Assembly: GCF_006345805.1 (NCBI RefSeq) | Contig: NC_042998.1 | Coordinates: forward strand, 172,794,001 to 172,858,000 | DNA length: 64,000 bases | From: Octopus sinensis | Taxonomy: Eukaryota | Reading direction: 5' to 3' | Shown here: piece after piece, positions 35,731 through 49,397 of the stretch | Layout: every line of letters starts with the position of its first letter | Position numbering within the stretch: the first letter of the stretch is position 1 | Notes under the pieces: model-generated | Seen by the model: the letters and a program-made list of their open reading frames with translations, nothing else | Told to the model about the DNA's origin: nothing | Databases searched by the model: none | Position numbers and translations under genes: made by a program

Positions 35731-36929
35731 CATTATAATCTTTCTATAAGTGAACTTTCGCAAACGACATTTTATATCACGACGACAACGACGTCACATT
35801 TTTCTACATGTGTGTGTATGCGTCTGTCAGTGTGTGTGTGTGTGTTTGCGCGTTCGTTACGTACGTTAGGCCGATGACTAAGTATATATGTGTGAGTGTA
35901 TGTGAGTGTGTATGTGTTTGTCTGACGACTGACACATGCACGCGCACACACGCACATCTAAAGATAGAGGCAGACACACAGAGGGACAGAGATAGGCTCT
36001 AATTATGCGTGAATATATGTCTATGTGTGTCTGTCGTTTTTTATATGTATGTGATTATATCACCCAACAGTGAAACGCGCCAATTTTGAAAGAGTTTAGT
36101 TTAGTTGCCGCCTGGATTGTGAACGAACAACAGCATTCACTTTGAAGTACCACAGTTTGGATTTTCATTTTCATCATGGAGAGTTGCGGTTTAAACTGCA
36201 TTAACGATTATCACTACTTATTTGCTGAAATATTATTCTGGTTTTATAACCATCATGAAGATTTGGCTGATTAAACAGCACTCTCAAAACTCGCAATTAT
36301 ATCTGAAAAAACGAATGCCATTCTGGTTATTAGAACAAATTCGGAAACTTAGGTAAAGTAGAAAGCCTTAGCGGCTCTTTCATGACAATTACAGAAATGT
36401 TATCCCAGTACTTATAACCAATTGGAAGACAATGCTTTTTTAAAAGTCCTACAGTCCTTTTCGTTTTTCTGCTATGTTGCTTTAACAATATTAGCTTTCG
36501 ACGCCGCGCAACCATTTTACTGCGTTAGTATTTATTCTTCAGCTTATAACTTTACGCAGTTAAAATATATAGTAACTGATATCAAATAAATTTATGTCTT
36601 GCGACATATATCCTTTAGCAAATGTTTAAAATTAATTAACGTTCACAACAGCAACATATTCCTTTGTACACACTTTGTTCAGCGTTCGTTTAAAAACGTT
36701 ATTTTTGTATGAAAAATTCAATTATACCTTCTGAATTTTCTTGGAGCTTGACTTTCTTAACCGTGACATTCAATGCTGAATTTTATAACATTTAGTACAT
36801 GTTCCAAATAAATGTTGACTTTGCTTACATAGTCATTTTTCTTTACATGGTAATTTTTGCTTAATTAGTGAGTGCGTGTGTGTTTCCGCGCTCGTTGCGT
36901 TTATAGTAAACTATAGTAATAGACATTTT

Positions 36930-38865
36930 ACGCCCTTTTAATGAGTCCACATCTAATGAAATAGCCATTCTTATGGTAGGTGATCCCCATGAAAATCGTG
37001 ATATTTTCATTCGCGCTCGAGATAAAAACCTTAAACGTGTTTTAGAGACTCATCCCTTTAATGATGCTCTCCAGTATCCTCTTATTTTGCAGAATCGATA
37101 ATATGGATATCATTTCAATATTACACAGATTGAACCTGCAACAGGAGAGCCAAATATAAACGAAAAGATATTCTTCAACTGACTTCTATTCTTACCAACT
37201 GATGTTAAGACTAGAACAATTAAATCAATTAGACATGTATCGTGATCTATTTCAGCAAAACCTGGTTGATATGTAAGCTAAAGTTGAAAATCAGCGTCTC
37301 CTTTACATTCGTAACAATCAAAAGGTTAAGCGCTAAACATTATAGTCATCTCTAAGATGCTCTGAGAACTGATGGTGATATTTAAAACATGGAACAACTT
37401 ATAACCATCCCATCATCATTCATATGTGGTCCTCAATATATGCATGAACGAACACAAGATGCTATGACATATGTCAAGACATGGAAAGCCAGATTTTCTT
37501 GTCACATTCTCTTGCAATCCTAAATTTGAGGAAATAAAATCTAAATTTCTAGTGTTGCATCATTTGGTTTGCAGCTACTCTCTTCAATAGGGGAAGAACT
37601 ACCCATTTCATATTCAAACTCTCTCTAAACCTTGCAATGAAAGAATCTCAAATGTGCAGCATTTCCCAAAACTCTGCAATTGCAACAGTTCTCCAACAAA
37701 CTTGCCTCATTGTTTGGGATGAGTGCACTGTCACATCGTGGAGCTCCAGAGGTATTTGATCGTACACCACAAGACATAAAAAAACAATAGCACGCTCATG
37801 GGAAGAGTAACCGTTCTTCTTACAGTAGATTTTCATCAAACGTTGGCGGGTATCCTCAAAGAAACAAAAGGTGATGAGGTCAATGCATGCGTCAAAAAAT
37901 TGTACATTTGAAGACATGCGAAAAAAACATCATCTTAAAAGCAACATCAGGGTACTTCTACAACTTCTTAAGATTGATAATGGGATATTAACATTCAACT
38001 CAAGTCTTCAGTTACATGAAATTACATGCGGTGAAATAATGCTTTCTCTTATGGATAAAGTATTTCCTAATTTATCTGTTAATTATACTGATGTAAACTG
38101 TCTATGTGAAAGAACTATGCTAGCTCCAACTAATAAAATGTTGATAAACTCAGTCATGTACTTCTTCAAAAGTTAATAGATACACCAGATATGACTTTTT
38201 GATCAACTGACAACAGTCGATGCAGATCAGGTTATTAAATAACCTGTTGAATTTCTGAACACACTCAAACCCACTTGGATGCCATCGCATACCTTGAAAC
38301 TAAAACTGGGTGCTCCCATTATGGTGCTTATGAATCTCACCTGTGTAATGGAACTCGCTTAATTGTTATTTCTATGAAGTGCCATGTACTACAGGCAACA
38401 ATCATAACAGGTAGTCACAAAGAAGAAAATGTCTTTATTCCAAAAATTCCTCCCATACCTACAGATGTTCCATTTGAATTTAAGACGCTTCAGTTTCCAA
38501 TCAAACTAAGTTTTGGTATTTCAATTAACAAATCAGGATCAATCCCTCGAAGTAGTTGCACTTGATCTCTCTACTACATGCTTCTCCTACGGCCAACTCT
38601 ATGTTGTTTGCTCGGGAGTTGGAAGCAGCAACAATTTATTCATTTTGACACTAACAGAAAATTACACGATCAATATTGTTTACCCTGAGGTGTTTCAACA
38701 TTGACAGATTTTTCCGTTCGAAATTCTGTTATCATTACAATTTGGATATTTTAAAATAAAATATAGACATTTCGAAATAATTATGAGAATATATCTTTAT
38801 TTTTATTGAATACTAATCTGAATAAGAACAGCAGTTACTCAGGGAACGCCGGGCCACTCAGCTAA
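36930..38865 (+). mobile_element. Decayed, internally deleted Helitron (Rep + PIF1-type helicase fragments) with 3' terminus
   Basis: NEIAILMVGD..RDI..ETH..DALQYPL; GPQYMHERTQDAMTYV..PD..TFSCNP; IVWDECT; LCNGTRLIV..VFIPKIP..LQFPIKLSFGISINKS..QSL..GQLYVVCS. 3' end gggaacgccgggccactcagCTAA|t. Confidence 0.9.
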
Positions 38866-38970
38866 TATATATATATATATATGTGTGTCTGTGTGTAAAG
38901 TTTTCTCTCGTAAGTATTCGCATGATATAAAAGATAAGAAAAGTTAAAATACTCGAAAATTTCTGTGTAC

Positions 38971-39440
38971 TTAATTCTGCTGCCTTTTTTCACCCTTGGC
39001 ACTATACCAGCATTCCTCTGTGTAGCTGGCCTTTGGCAGAGCAACATACAATTGTCTCTGCACAAATACGACAGTTGGGAAAAACAAACTTATTTTATTC
39101 AATGATTGACATAAGGATCTATTGACTGTCATTGCAAAAGCTATTCGAACACGAAGCTGTAATCGAATAAGTTTGAGTGGCAGATGGGTTGTAGATGGTT
39201 TCAATTTAATTCGAGGCATAATGACATGATTTCCTATCTGTAATAAGATAGACTTCAATCGTGATTGACTATATAAATTCTTGTTCCATTTAAAAGTTCA
39301 CTGGCCTCGTTTAAATTTCTTAATAGCGTTACATAGACTTTCACAAGTTCATAATATGGGGTGGACAAGACATTCCACCTAATTTACAGCTGTCAAAGTA
39401 TTCCCTAACCTCGACTGGTTAATTGGATATATCGTTTCCA
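38971..39440 (-). mobile_element. Second Helitron helicase C-terminal relic, convergent with the first
   Basis: PPHIMNL..LLRNLN; GNHVIMPRIKLKPS..LPLKLIRLQLRVRIAFAMTVNRSLCQSL..VFVQRQLYVAL. Confidence 0.8.
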
Positions 39441-39639
39441 TCATCACAGTAATCACTGTTTTTGTCACTCTTTTTCATCAAATATAAAAATACATTTATC
39501 TTTTGGTGAATCAATACCATTGGTAGGAAATAGTACCGCTTCAGCCTGTGAAGTTTACAGGAGCCAATAAGGTGTTAAAAACCTGAAAAATAGCTTAATT
39601 TCATTCGGTAAAATCCAAGCACTATTTGGAAAGGCAATG

Positions 39640-39670
<31 letters not shown>

Positions 39671-40986
39671 TATATATATATACGAGAGATTCCCAAGAAG
39701 CGTATACGCACATTGAATGATTGTAAAGTCAGTGTTTATTAAAATACGTTTCATTTCCAAAATTTAGTAGAACCTACTGGCAGAATTTAATGTTCTATAA
39801 ACGTCTCTTTTCAATTTGATGATCGTTCAGGTCCAATCATTGCTGATAATGTAAAATAAAGGAATCGCAAACATCAAGAAACATTTCGTTTGGCTTTTGC
39901 ATATTCTCATGCAATGGCTACCTTCAATTTGTCTATTAATTTATACATTAAACTCCAGTTGTCATGTATTCCCATAAAAATGTCTAGTGGTGCGAGGTGC
40001 AGTGAACTCATAGGATATTCTACTGAACCTCTTCGTTCAATCTACCTATTTTGCAAAAGCTAATCAATTTAGGACCCTTATATTACCATGTTAGTGTGGG
40101 GGGTACTCCATAATGTTGGAAATAAAATTCCACACTTTCAAAGTCCTTCTGAATGTTTCCCATAAGAGGTTGTGACAAATGCAAGTAAATGAGATCAGTC
40201 ACGTTATCGTAAAGAAGCATGTTCCAGTTAATTCTTTTCGTGATAAGTCATGTTAATTTACCACATCTTGGTAAATTAATGCGTTTCATCCATGATATGC
40301 TGTTTCTAGAGATTACGGTTTAAGAAAATTCACTCTGAAAATATGAAAATTCTGTCCTCAAGAAAAGTGGAAAAGGTACCTCAACATATGCTTCAAGCTT
40401 TGGAATGTAAGCATAAAGAAATTAAAAGAATTTGGAAGACTTCTCAATATAATAATTTAAAATATACAATTCCTCATGGAATATAACCGTAACCAACTCA
40501 CAAATTTCAGCATCTTTATGAAAGAAGTTAACAAAGAAATGAAAATGAACATTCACTATAAACGTACAGACTTCAAACTAATATCTTCACCTCAATTCAG
40601 GCCATCTGAGATACACGAGAATAAATGTTCCTTGTAACTTTGTCAAAACGATTTGCGCGATAGAATCCGCGATAGAAACAAGCATCTTCAGGAAGTGAAA
40701 GATCCACTGCTTGGCAGAATACGACGATATTACCAAATTTAGATGTAAACGGGAGGATAGTTACAACAACACATGGATTCTGCATTTATCGTAAAGTACA
40801 GATGTATTAGACTCAATAAACAGACACATGTACGAGTATGAAACAACAAAACTGTACGATTTTCCCTATATCAAGTTAACTTTATATTAAGTTAGCATAA
40901 CACAGCAGTAACGCATCAAGAAAGAAACAACCTCCATAACCACATTCCAATCATGTTTAAATACTTGTGGAGAGGTGGTAGTAGTA

Positions 40987-41019
<33 letters not shown>

Positions 41020-41020
<1 letters not shown>

Positions 41021-41766
41021 CACCTTGAGCAGCAATATACCGGTCCCAGCTTTCCTGTCACTTTTGGAATCCGGCCTGGAAGTCGTTTTCCGTAAGCGAG
41101 TCGAAACTGCATTTCCATATAGGGGAGAAGATGGAAGTCCGCAAATGCTAAATCTGGTGAATTAGTGGGGTACGGAAGCGATACGATGTTGTTTTGGCGA
41201 GAAACTCACAAGTGAGGAATGCTCGGTGGCATGGTGCATTGTCGTCGTGAAAAATCCAATTCTTCGCTCTCCACAAATCCAGTCGCTTTTGCCGAATGTC
41301 TTCCATCTCTCGAAAGCTTCAAAACGTCGCAGTAGAACTCTCAATAGACAGTCTGACTCTAGGGCACGAATTCTCAATGTACAATAACGCGGATGTCGAA
41401 TAAAGTATGAGCACGCTCTTCATTCAACTGCGGCAGTGTCGGTGAAGCATTGCGTGTGAGCCACCGCCTCATCGCCGTAGGCTTGCCGAAGCATGCTCTG
41501 TTTCTGCAGAAAACTTACCAAGTTTTAGAGCAAAATTTCACGTCGGCTCTTTGTCCAGCTTCCTGTCCATGACAAAAATCGCAGACTACGTCATAGACGT
41601 GACCACAGAGACACAAATTTCACAACTTGCAAAGTAAACACAACAATGTCACTCGGTACACTGCCTCATGAAGATCACTGCTAGCTTTCAATGCGCACGC
41701 AACAGCGAGCTGCCGTCTTTGGCGTGCTACAGAATTAGTCCGGGAACTTTTTGATACCACCTCGTA
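41020..41766 (-). mobile_element. Mariner (DD34D-type) transposon relic, internally deleted
   Basis: TIR-like TACGAGGTGGTATCAAAAAGTTCCCGG at 41766. FDIRVIVH*EFVP..EFYCDVL..IRQKRLDLWRAKNWIFHDDNAPCHRA..EFLAK..NSPDLAFADFHL..WDRYIAAQGDY. Confidence 0.85.
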
Positions 41767-41876
41767 AATGGTCATGTGAGAATATCTGAATGGGTTGATG
41801 GGATTAAAGTCTCCAGCGTTATACGCGTTTGTTATAAGTACTCTTAAATATCATATATATGTGCTACAAGTATGCA

Positions 41877-42002
<126 letters not shown>

Positions 42003-43137
42003 CATGTTTGTGTGAAAAGGTGTATGTATATACTTAAACATGTGTGTAAACTTGGATCACCATCTGCTTTGACACTACGTCTAAGTTGTATTTTCTTCAC
42101 AATAAGAGATAGAAAAACAATTACTGTCCTCACTACCCCACTTATACAAGTACAACGCTGCACAACAAAAACATACTGAAATCTTTTACTTGAGAAATTG
42201 AAACCTGAACTTCTATTTTAACATTATCCCAATGGAAACATAAAACACACAAACACTGCTCTTGCACTTGAGATGAAACACTATAAGATAAGAATTAATG
42301 CTGCAAAGAAAGTAACTGATCTGTTTTAGGTCAAAGTTAAACAGAACATATAGCAAAAGAATTGCATCAAATATTGACTGATATAATAGAAACATTTTTT
42401 ATAATTGAAGAAGTTCGAATATCAGCACTTTCATATAATTTTGCAAGGAACAATCTAATATAAAGGTGTGACAATTCGCTTTTATGCTCAACATTTGATT
42501 AAGCAGGTGCAATTACAGAGATAAAATCCGAGAAAGCTGTGTTCGTTATATATTTTTTCTCCAGTTGAATTACTATTAAAGTAGTTATTTTGCTTTGCTT
42601 TCTTTTAGAGAAAAATAAGTTTCAGTGGAAGCAAATTCATAGCGGCTCTGTTGTTGCTAGTGGTCTTTGAAAGTAGCTTTACTTTTCTCTAGGTAATAGT
42701 TATGTGTTTTTAAATTAAATTCTGTTATTGTATTTCTTAATTTTCTTTCTGATAGGCATTTCTATAACAATATTCAATATATTTTAATTGCACGTTTCGC
42801 GTTTTCGTAAAACTCTTTGGAAGGAAACAGAATGTTATAAAATGTGATGTGAAGTAGGTATTTTGATAGTTCAATGACTTACTAATAGAAAAAACATGCT
42901 GAGTGAGCATTATAAAAGAACGATGCTATGCAAATATATTGCAGATACAATATAGTTTTTTTTAAATTTTACAAGAAAGGAAAAGAAGTCTAGTTGTTCT
43001 ATATCATACAAGTGTGACACGAACATATTAATTGTTTTGCAGCTGTGACAAGCAATTTGTACTCATATTGTATTGCTTGTTGTATAGATGACACCAGCTG
43101 AATTGTTGAGAAAGCATAATAAGGAAATAAAACTTAC

Positions 43138-44141
43138 CTTTTGAATGTAAATTATCTCGAAATGAAACCGTAGCTAAGTTGAGCGAATCAGTAAGGGACG
43201 TGTTTTTTATGGAACAAGTTGCATCAATGCTTCTACAGGAATATTGTCTACTGGAAGACTCCTTCTTCTCCACATACTCTGACAAAATGTTTTCGTCGAC
43301 CTGGCGTACTTCTATACATCGGTAGGGATATAATTCACTGAAGGCACGTCTTATCCTACTCCATTTTTGGGACTTTTCTTCGCAATTTAAGGAATTCTTT
43401 AAATTATGGCATTTGTATATGCGGCTGCAATTTGCATCATTGTATTCCTCAAGGGGAGATTTATTACATTGATTTAACGGTGAATCGTCCTCATCTTGTG
43501 ATGACTGATTATCGGAGAGGGAGACATTTTCACATCCAGAATGTATATTAAGATGTGTTTTGGGAGAACAGTTTTTCTGCTTTTTCGGAGTTTCAGGTGA
43601 TATATCAATATGGTATGTCTTATTTCTGTGAAGGCTACTCGTGTGTGACTTCAAATAATCCATGGCTGACTGCTTCCATACTCTAAATGAAGATTTCCCA
43701 AACACTTCGCGTGACTTATTTTCGTGGTCTTTATTAGATTTCGAATGTTTATATAGAGAAAGTTCATTTGAATCAATACCTTTCGGGTCTGTATCATAGA
43801 CACTCGGATTAAAAGTCACAGCTATGTCCCATGGATCATCGTCCTCTGTATTATATTTTTCTAATGTTATTTGAGGGGAACTTAAAACGTCATCTGTTGA
43901 ATTTTTGCGCAAGCTTTTTTTCTCATCAATATTTAAGTTTTTCGCGCGTTTTTTCAAAGACGTAAACTTCCTTTGGTTCGGGGGTGTGGCACCAGTTGAA
44001 ACTGATTCAATACATTCAATTCGATCAGGGATATGGTGAAGATTTTCTTCTTTTGCCTCTTGTGATCTACCGTGAGATGAATTGTGATTTACACACCTCT
44101 GATATTTACATTCGAATCCCTTTGACAATGTTCCTGAAAGA
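43138..44141 (-). CDS. Large (1004-nt) internal coding exon of an unidentified host gene; Ser/Lys/Asn/Glu-rich, probably disordered
   Basis: About 334 open codons in AT-rich DNA. Acceptor attgatttttatag| (phase 2; an alternative tctttcag| lies 8 nt downstream) and donor AAAAG|GTAAGT (phase 1). No transposon motifs seen. Confidence 0.7.
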
Positions 44142-44405
44142 CTATAAAAATCAATATAATTAAAATAAGAAATAAATAAACATAAATAACAATTATGCAT
44201 ATAATGAAAATGCACACACTCACACAAACACACAAACATACACACATACAAACATACGCACATACAATGTATATGCGCATGCATTTATGTATGTCGCAAT
44301 TCAGTATATTTAAGATATCTTGCCAATGAAGAGCCAGTTTCCAAAGCTCCTTCATTAGAATGTATGTATGAATGTATTCCATTATTCAGTTCCCATCATA
44401 CTCAC

Positions 44406-44471
44406 CCGGTGCCAGCAATCGGAAACTCTGTCTCCGCGAAAGGCAGCATATTCTCTACCAGCCTGAAGTAT
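44406..44471 (-). CDS. 66-nt exon splicing in frame to the large exon
   Basis: Acceptor tattttctgtccatag|, donor CCGG|GTGAGT. The phase 2-2 frame YFRLVENMLPFAETEFPIAGT(G) joins LSGTLSKGFEC..; it contains a possible start ATG (MLPF). Confidence 0.55.
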
Positions 44472-44819
44472 CTATGGACAGAAAATACAAGCTATCCTAT
44501 TGCTGCCATCATAGCTACGCCCTTTTGGTGAACGTCAAAAACACTGGCTGCCGACAACTCAGATATGCCACCTAATAATTGACTGCGCCTCAACACTGGC
44601 TGTTCCATAACAAAGGACAGGGTACATAACCACCGATGCTTACGCAGACCACGGGCTGACCTTAAACAAAAGGCATCCCTTGTATTCCCACCATGTCCGT
44701 CCTCATACAGGTGTGCTCATACAAACACGGTCGCGCGCGCATACATCTCTGTACGCACGATTTTCCTTCCTTCCTTCCTTCCTTCCTTTACCCCACCTAA
44801 CACAACCAAGCATTCAACA

Positions 44820-44980
44820 CTAATACCTATTTCTTCACTACCCACAAGGGGCTAAACACAGAGGGGATAAACAAGGACAGACAAACGGATTAAGTCAATT
44901 ACATCGACCCCAGTGCGTAACTGGTACTTAATTTATCGACCCCGAAAGGATGAATACGGCTACGCATTTCGCCCGGCGTG
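44820..44980 (-). mobile_element. SINE family A, internally deleted
   Basis: The core is joined directly to the head at GGATGAA|TACGGCTACGCATTTCG. Confidence 0.8.
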
Positions 44981-45894
44981 CTTACCACCAAACCTCAATA
45001 CAACGCCAAATACTACGCCATTCTCAGTTTCACTGTTGTTACCATCGTGCCATATATCTGTCGTGCTCGCAAACACAAATACTAAAAGCATGAATGTCTA
45101 TGTACACACACACGCGCACACCAGGTGAAAATACAAGCTCGCACGCATACATCTTTTTTCAGACAAACACGCACACACTCATACGTACACGTATACATGC
45201 AGGAATGTACATACTCACACACTTTCACACGCGTATACAGCAATCAACAACACATATGTATTCGCAAACGCACGGGCACAAACACACACACATACACATA
45301 CACAACAGATACACACGCAGGTGATATACACAGCCGACGCATAGACCTACATACTCACACACACAAGTCCTCCAATATGGTTGATACATAGCAGCATGTA
45401 CCCTAACAAACACTTGCTTACGCATGAACGAGCTGGCGCCATCAGCTCTCATGCACACACGCTAGCCTACACACGCGCACGCACTCGCCACAAATACATA
45501 GGAGATACACACGTATACATATCAGATACCCACATCGACGCACTCATGCATTTGGTGTACGCACACACACACAAACTTACACACCCACCCTCACACTCTT
45601 ACCTTCAAAGACGAGCAAGACAGCAGGCTCCACCAGAATCCTGTCCAGCTACGCTTTCAAAGAAATTCTCCTCTTAAATGCACGTGGTGTCGCTGGAATG
45701 TCAATCTTATTTCTAACAACACCTTGTGACCCACCTTGACCAACCACAGCAGCCCTGTCCCCCGTAGTCATCTTACACTTCCTGCTTTCTCTCCATTCGG
45801 TTAAATAGGCCCCATGATCAAGGTCGCTGTGAGAAGCTTTCGAAATTTTAAATCGCAAGGGCCGAATGAAACTGGTTTAAATAGTTACACTAAT

Positions 45895-46108
45895 AATGGT
45901 TTTAAATGTTGGCAATGGCCAGCGATTTCAGAGTGAGTGAGCGTAAAACGATTTCCTCAACTCCAGTGCTCAAGGTGAAACACGAAACGCAAACTCGACC
46001 TTGGCGGAAATTGAACTCAGAAGTTAAAGACAGACGAAATGCCGCTAAGCATCTTACTCGGTGTGCGAACGATTCGTCTAGACTGCCGTACTACTACTTC
46101 TACTACTA

Positions 46109-46166
<58 letters not shown>

Positions 46167-46194
46167 AGCTACTGCTGCTACTGCTGCCGCCACC

Positions 46195-46256
<62 letters not shown>

Positions 46257-46510
46257 CACTACTACTACTAACAAATACAACAACAGCAATAATAACGGTT
46301 TCAAATTTCGCCATAAGGGCAGCAATTATTGGGGAGGAGATGAGTCGCTTACATCAACACCAGTACGCAACTGGTGCTTAATTTATCGACCCGGAAAGGA
46401 TGAAAGGCAAAGTCGACCTCAGCGGAATTTGAACTCACAACGTAAGGACGAGCGAAATGCCGTTAAGCGTTTTTCCCGGCGTGCTAACGATTCTGTCAGC
46501 TCACCACCTT
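45895..46510 (-). mobile_element. Two SINE family A copies (45895-46085, 46285-46510) flanking a compound (CTA)(CTG)(CAC)(CTA) trinucleotide tract
   Basis: Family A head and core motifs; tract at 46088-46275, with a further (CAA)/(AAT) tract at 46515-46625. Confidence 0.85.
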
Positions 46511-46513
46511 TAT

Positions 46514-46553
<40 letters not shown>

Positions 46554-46571
46554 GCAATAATAATAATAATA

Positions 46572-46613
<42 letters not shown>

Positions 46614-47100
46614 TAATAATAATAATTAGATGCTACTTGGTAAACTTGTTTGCAGAAAGCGTCCCCAGCATAAACCAAGACATCGATTGAAGAATTGTAT
46701 AAAGTCGCCATTGAAAGTATGTAAAATGTAGGAAGTCATTCACTATAAAGAAAACGAATAATGGGAGGAGTGGGTAGTTTCGAAAAAAAAACCCCGCATT
46801 TTTCGTACAAAATTTATGTAAGCTGCTTGAAAACACACTACCGTTGAAGTGAACGGTTGGTGCATGGTCTGCAATATCTGCGGACGTGTATGTTCATCAA
46901 GAGTTGGGCTCAGTAGTCACCAGCGGAGCAACAAGTGGAAAGCATAAAATTTGTCGGAGTGCATAATGTTCTTAATGGTTAGTGATGGTGTTCCTTACAA
47001 GTGGACAGCCATCATCATGTGTGTATGCAGGTATGTATACATTTGTGTATGCAAGTTTGAGTGAGTATGTATGTTTATATATATATATGTATATATATAT

Positions 47101-47249
47101 ATCTGTAAAATAATATGTGACAATTATTCAATACCCAAGATAAAACTCTGAGTTTTTATCTGGCCAGATAACCGAAGAGATGGTGTTGTGGATTTTCACC
47201 TCAGAGTTTTATCTTGGCTATTGAATAATTGTCATATTATTTTACAGAT
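47101..47249 (+). repeat. Fold-back inverted repeat, sibling of 5702-5884, with a deleted hammerhead
   Basis: Arms 47101-47152 / 47200-47249; gataa-CCGAAGA-gatgg.. with the GAAA segment deleted; same downstream tail as 5884-5945. Confidence 0.75.
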
Positions 47250-48199
47250 AAATTTCCTCTATTTACGTAATATTGAGGTCTCTTTCTTTCTTTTGTTATC
47301 TTACCTTTTTTACCGATATATACATATATATATATATGTGCTTAACATTCACTAGCATGATACCGAGAAAACTTTGTAAGTATCACTTAGAACTTTGAAG
47401 CATCTTTGCATTTCAAGGAAATGCACCGAATTTTGCCATATTTGTGCCACACCAGAAGTTAGCCTGCTGGAATAATAATAATTACGATATAAAATAAATA
47501 AAAATATAGATATAAATATCATGCCCGTTTTCTACCTCCCACAGGCATAAGCATCCCCCGTTTATTTACAATGGTACTGTTATTCTATATCTGTTTCGTT
47601 TGTAAGCCCTAAAAAGATATTGGCGAAAAGATATTGGAAAATAATAGCAGAAAGATATTGGAAGAAACAAGGCTTTTCCAAACTGTCTCGAAGTTGTGCT
47701 GCCATTAATCTTACTAGATATCTTCTTTCAAAATAATAGATCTTGCAACATGCGTTTTTTTTTTCTCATTTCTTATCTCGAAACAGTTTCGTAATTCGCT
47801 TTGCTCTTATCTATACTTATTGAAGCCGTCATTTACATTCTCTAACAGTAGACTCTTGACATTAAGAGATTAGTTAACTCACAACTACTTTTTATGGAAT
47901 TTCGCCATATAAATTCAATGTTCGTCTCTATTACAGTCTATTTCTATCTCATCTTCCCTGTTTCAATCCAATTTTTTATTCTTCGTCTTTGCTATCAACC
48001 GTTCCTACAAGCAGAACTCAGAATAGCTGCTCGACTCGCGTGATTCAGTAGCCATGTTTTTTTCAGATAATACCTTTTACTAATTTAAAAGTGACACTCC
48101 TCCCTTCATTTCACTTCCAATTTTCTGATCTCACAGTCAGCACTTTATTTTGCTAATTATCCATTTGTTTTTGCATGAAATCTATTCATGATATTGGTT

Positions 48200-48415
48200 T
48201 CAAATTTTGGCAGAGGCTAGAACTTCCGAGATTAAGGGTGGGGTGGGGTAAGTAGATTACATCAACCCCAGCACTCAAACGATACTTATTTTTAATCCAA
48301 AGAGATGAGAGTCAAAGTCAACGTCGGCAGAATTTGAACTCAGAATGTAAAAACAAACGGAATGCCGCTAAGCATTTTGCCTAGCGTGCTTAACGATTCT
48401 ATGAGCTCGCCGCGT
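48200..48415 (-). mobile_element. Diverged SINE family A (a short plus-strand head follows at ~48445-48520)
   Basis: Family A core and head motifs. Confidence 0.75.
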
Positions 48416-49397
48416 TAAATCTCCATATAATATTATTCTACTTCTTAAGGCAGTGAACTGGCAGAACCATGAGCACACCGGACAAAATGCTTGACGGCCT
48501 TTTGTCCGTCTTTACATTTTGAGTTGCATTTTTCACCAAGGTCTTTTTGCCTTTTATTGTTCCGGAATCGATAAAATACTGCTAGTCTTGCGCCTAAATT
48601 TGAAATCAATATTATTCTACTTCTTCCATTTTACTGCTTTTATTGTCAATAACTCATCGTCTATTTCCAATATATTGTCGTTTCCTTTCTTTCTTTCCTA
48701 AATTTTCCAAAGCCTCACCATTGGACCTATTTTTCATTTTATTACGTGTTTTGATAAACTTTTCTTTGTTTATTACTGACACAAGTTTCCAAATCCGTGT
48801 TAATCTTAACTTTATTCTAACGAAACCACACTTATTGAACACTTCCGTTGTTTTCATAACACTTCGCGCCAACCGTAATAACTTCCATAACGCCATAAAT
48901 AATTTGACATGTGCAGTTTAAATCGCCGTTCCTTGGGACGTCTACATGTATTCACACATTTCTTCAAGCGCACTTATTAAAGGAGTTATACTCGGTCATT
49001 TGTACTTTAAATATCACTGTGTGTAACTATGCATGCATTATTGTCTTTCATGTGCCACTGTTTGCCTGCTCACTCGAAATATTTGCGTTTAGTTTATTAG
49101 TCAACATTGTAAGATAGTCAAAGAAAGATAGACAATGTTCGACCATGTCAAGCTGTCCCCAGCGAGTGAAGTGAAAACAGCTGACCCTTAGCCTGAACAT
49201 CTACGGAACAAAGTCTGTAGGAAAGCGCATAAACGGGAAGATAATCGAGGCCAGCTGAAATGTTTCCAGTAAAGTAAACTTCAATAGACGTTGAAACTAA
49301 ATGATAAAGTAAACGTGGGCGGGATATTTGGCCTATCGGAGAAGTTGTTGATGACATTAAACTATTTACAGCTTCTAATCGCCTGGAATTTGTCATA

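Noticed and set aside
46039-46515. Long poly-Thr/Ala, poly-Tyr and poly-Ser ORFs, and similar ORFs at 4728-5276, 28543-28818 and 59714-60171
   Set aside because: Artefacts of stop-free microsatellites and SINE sequence.
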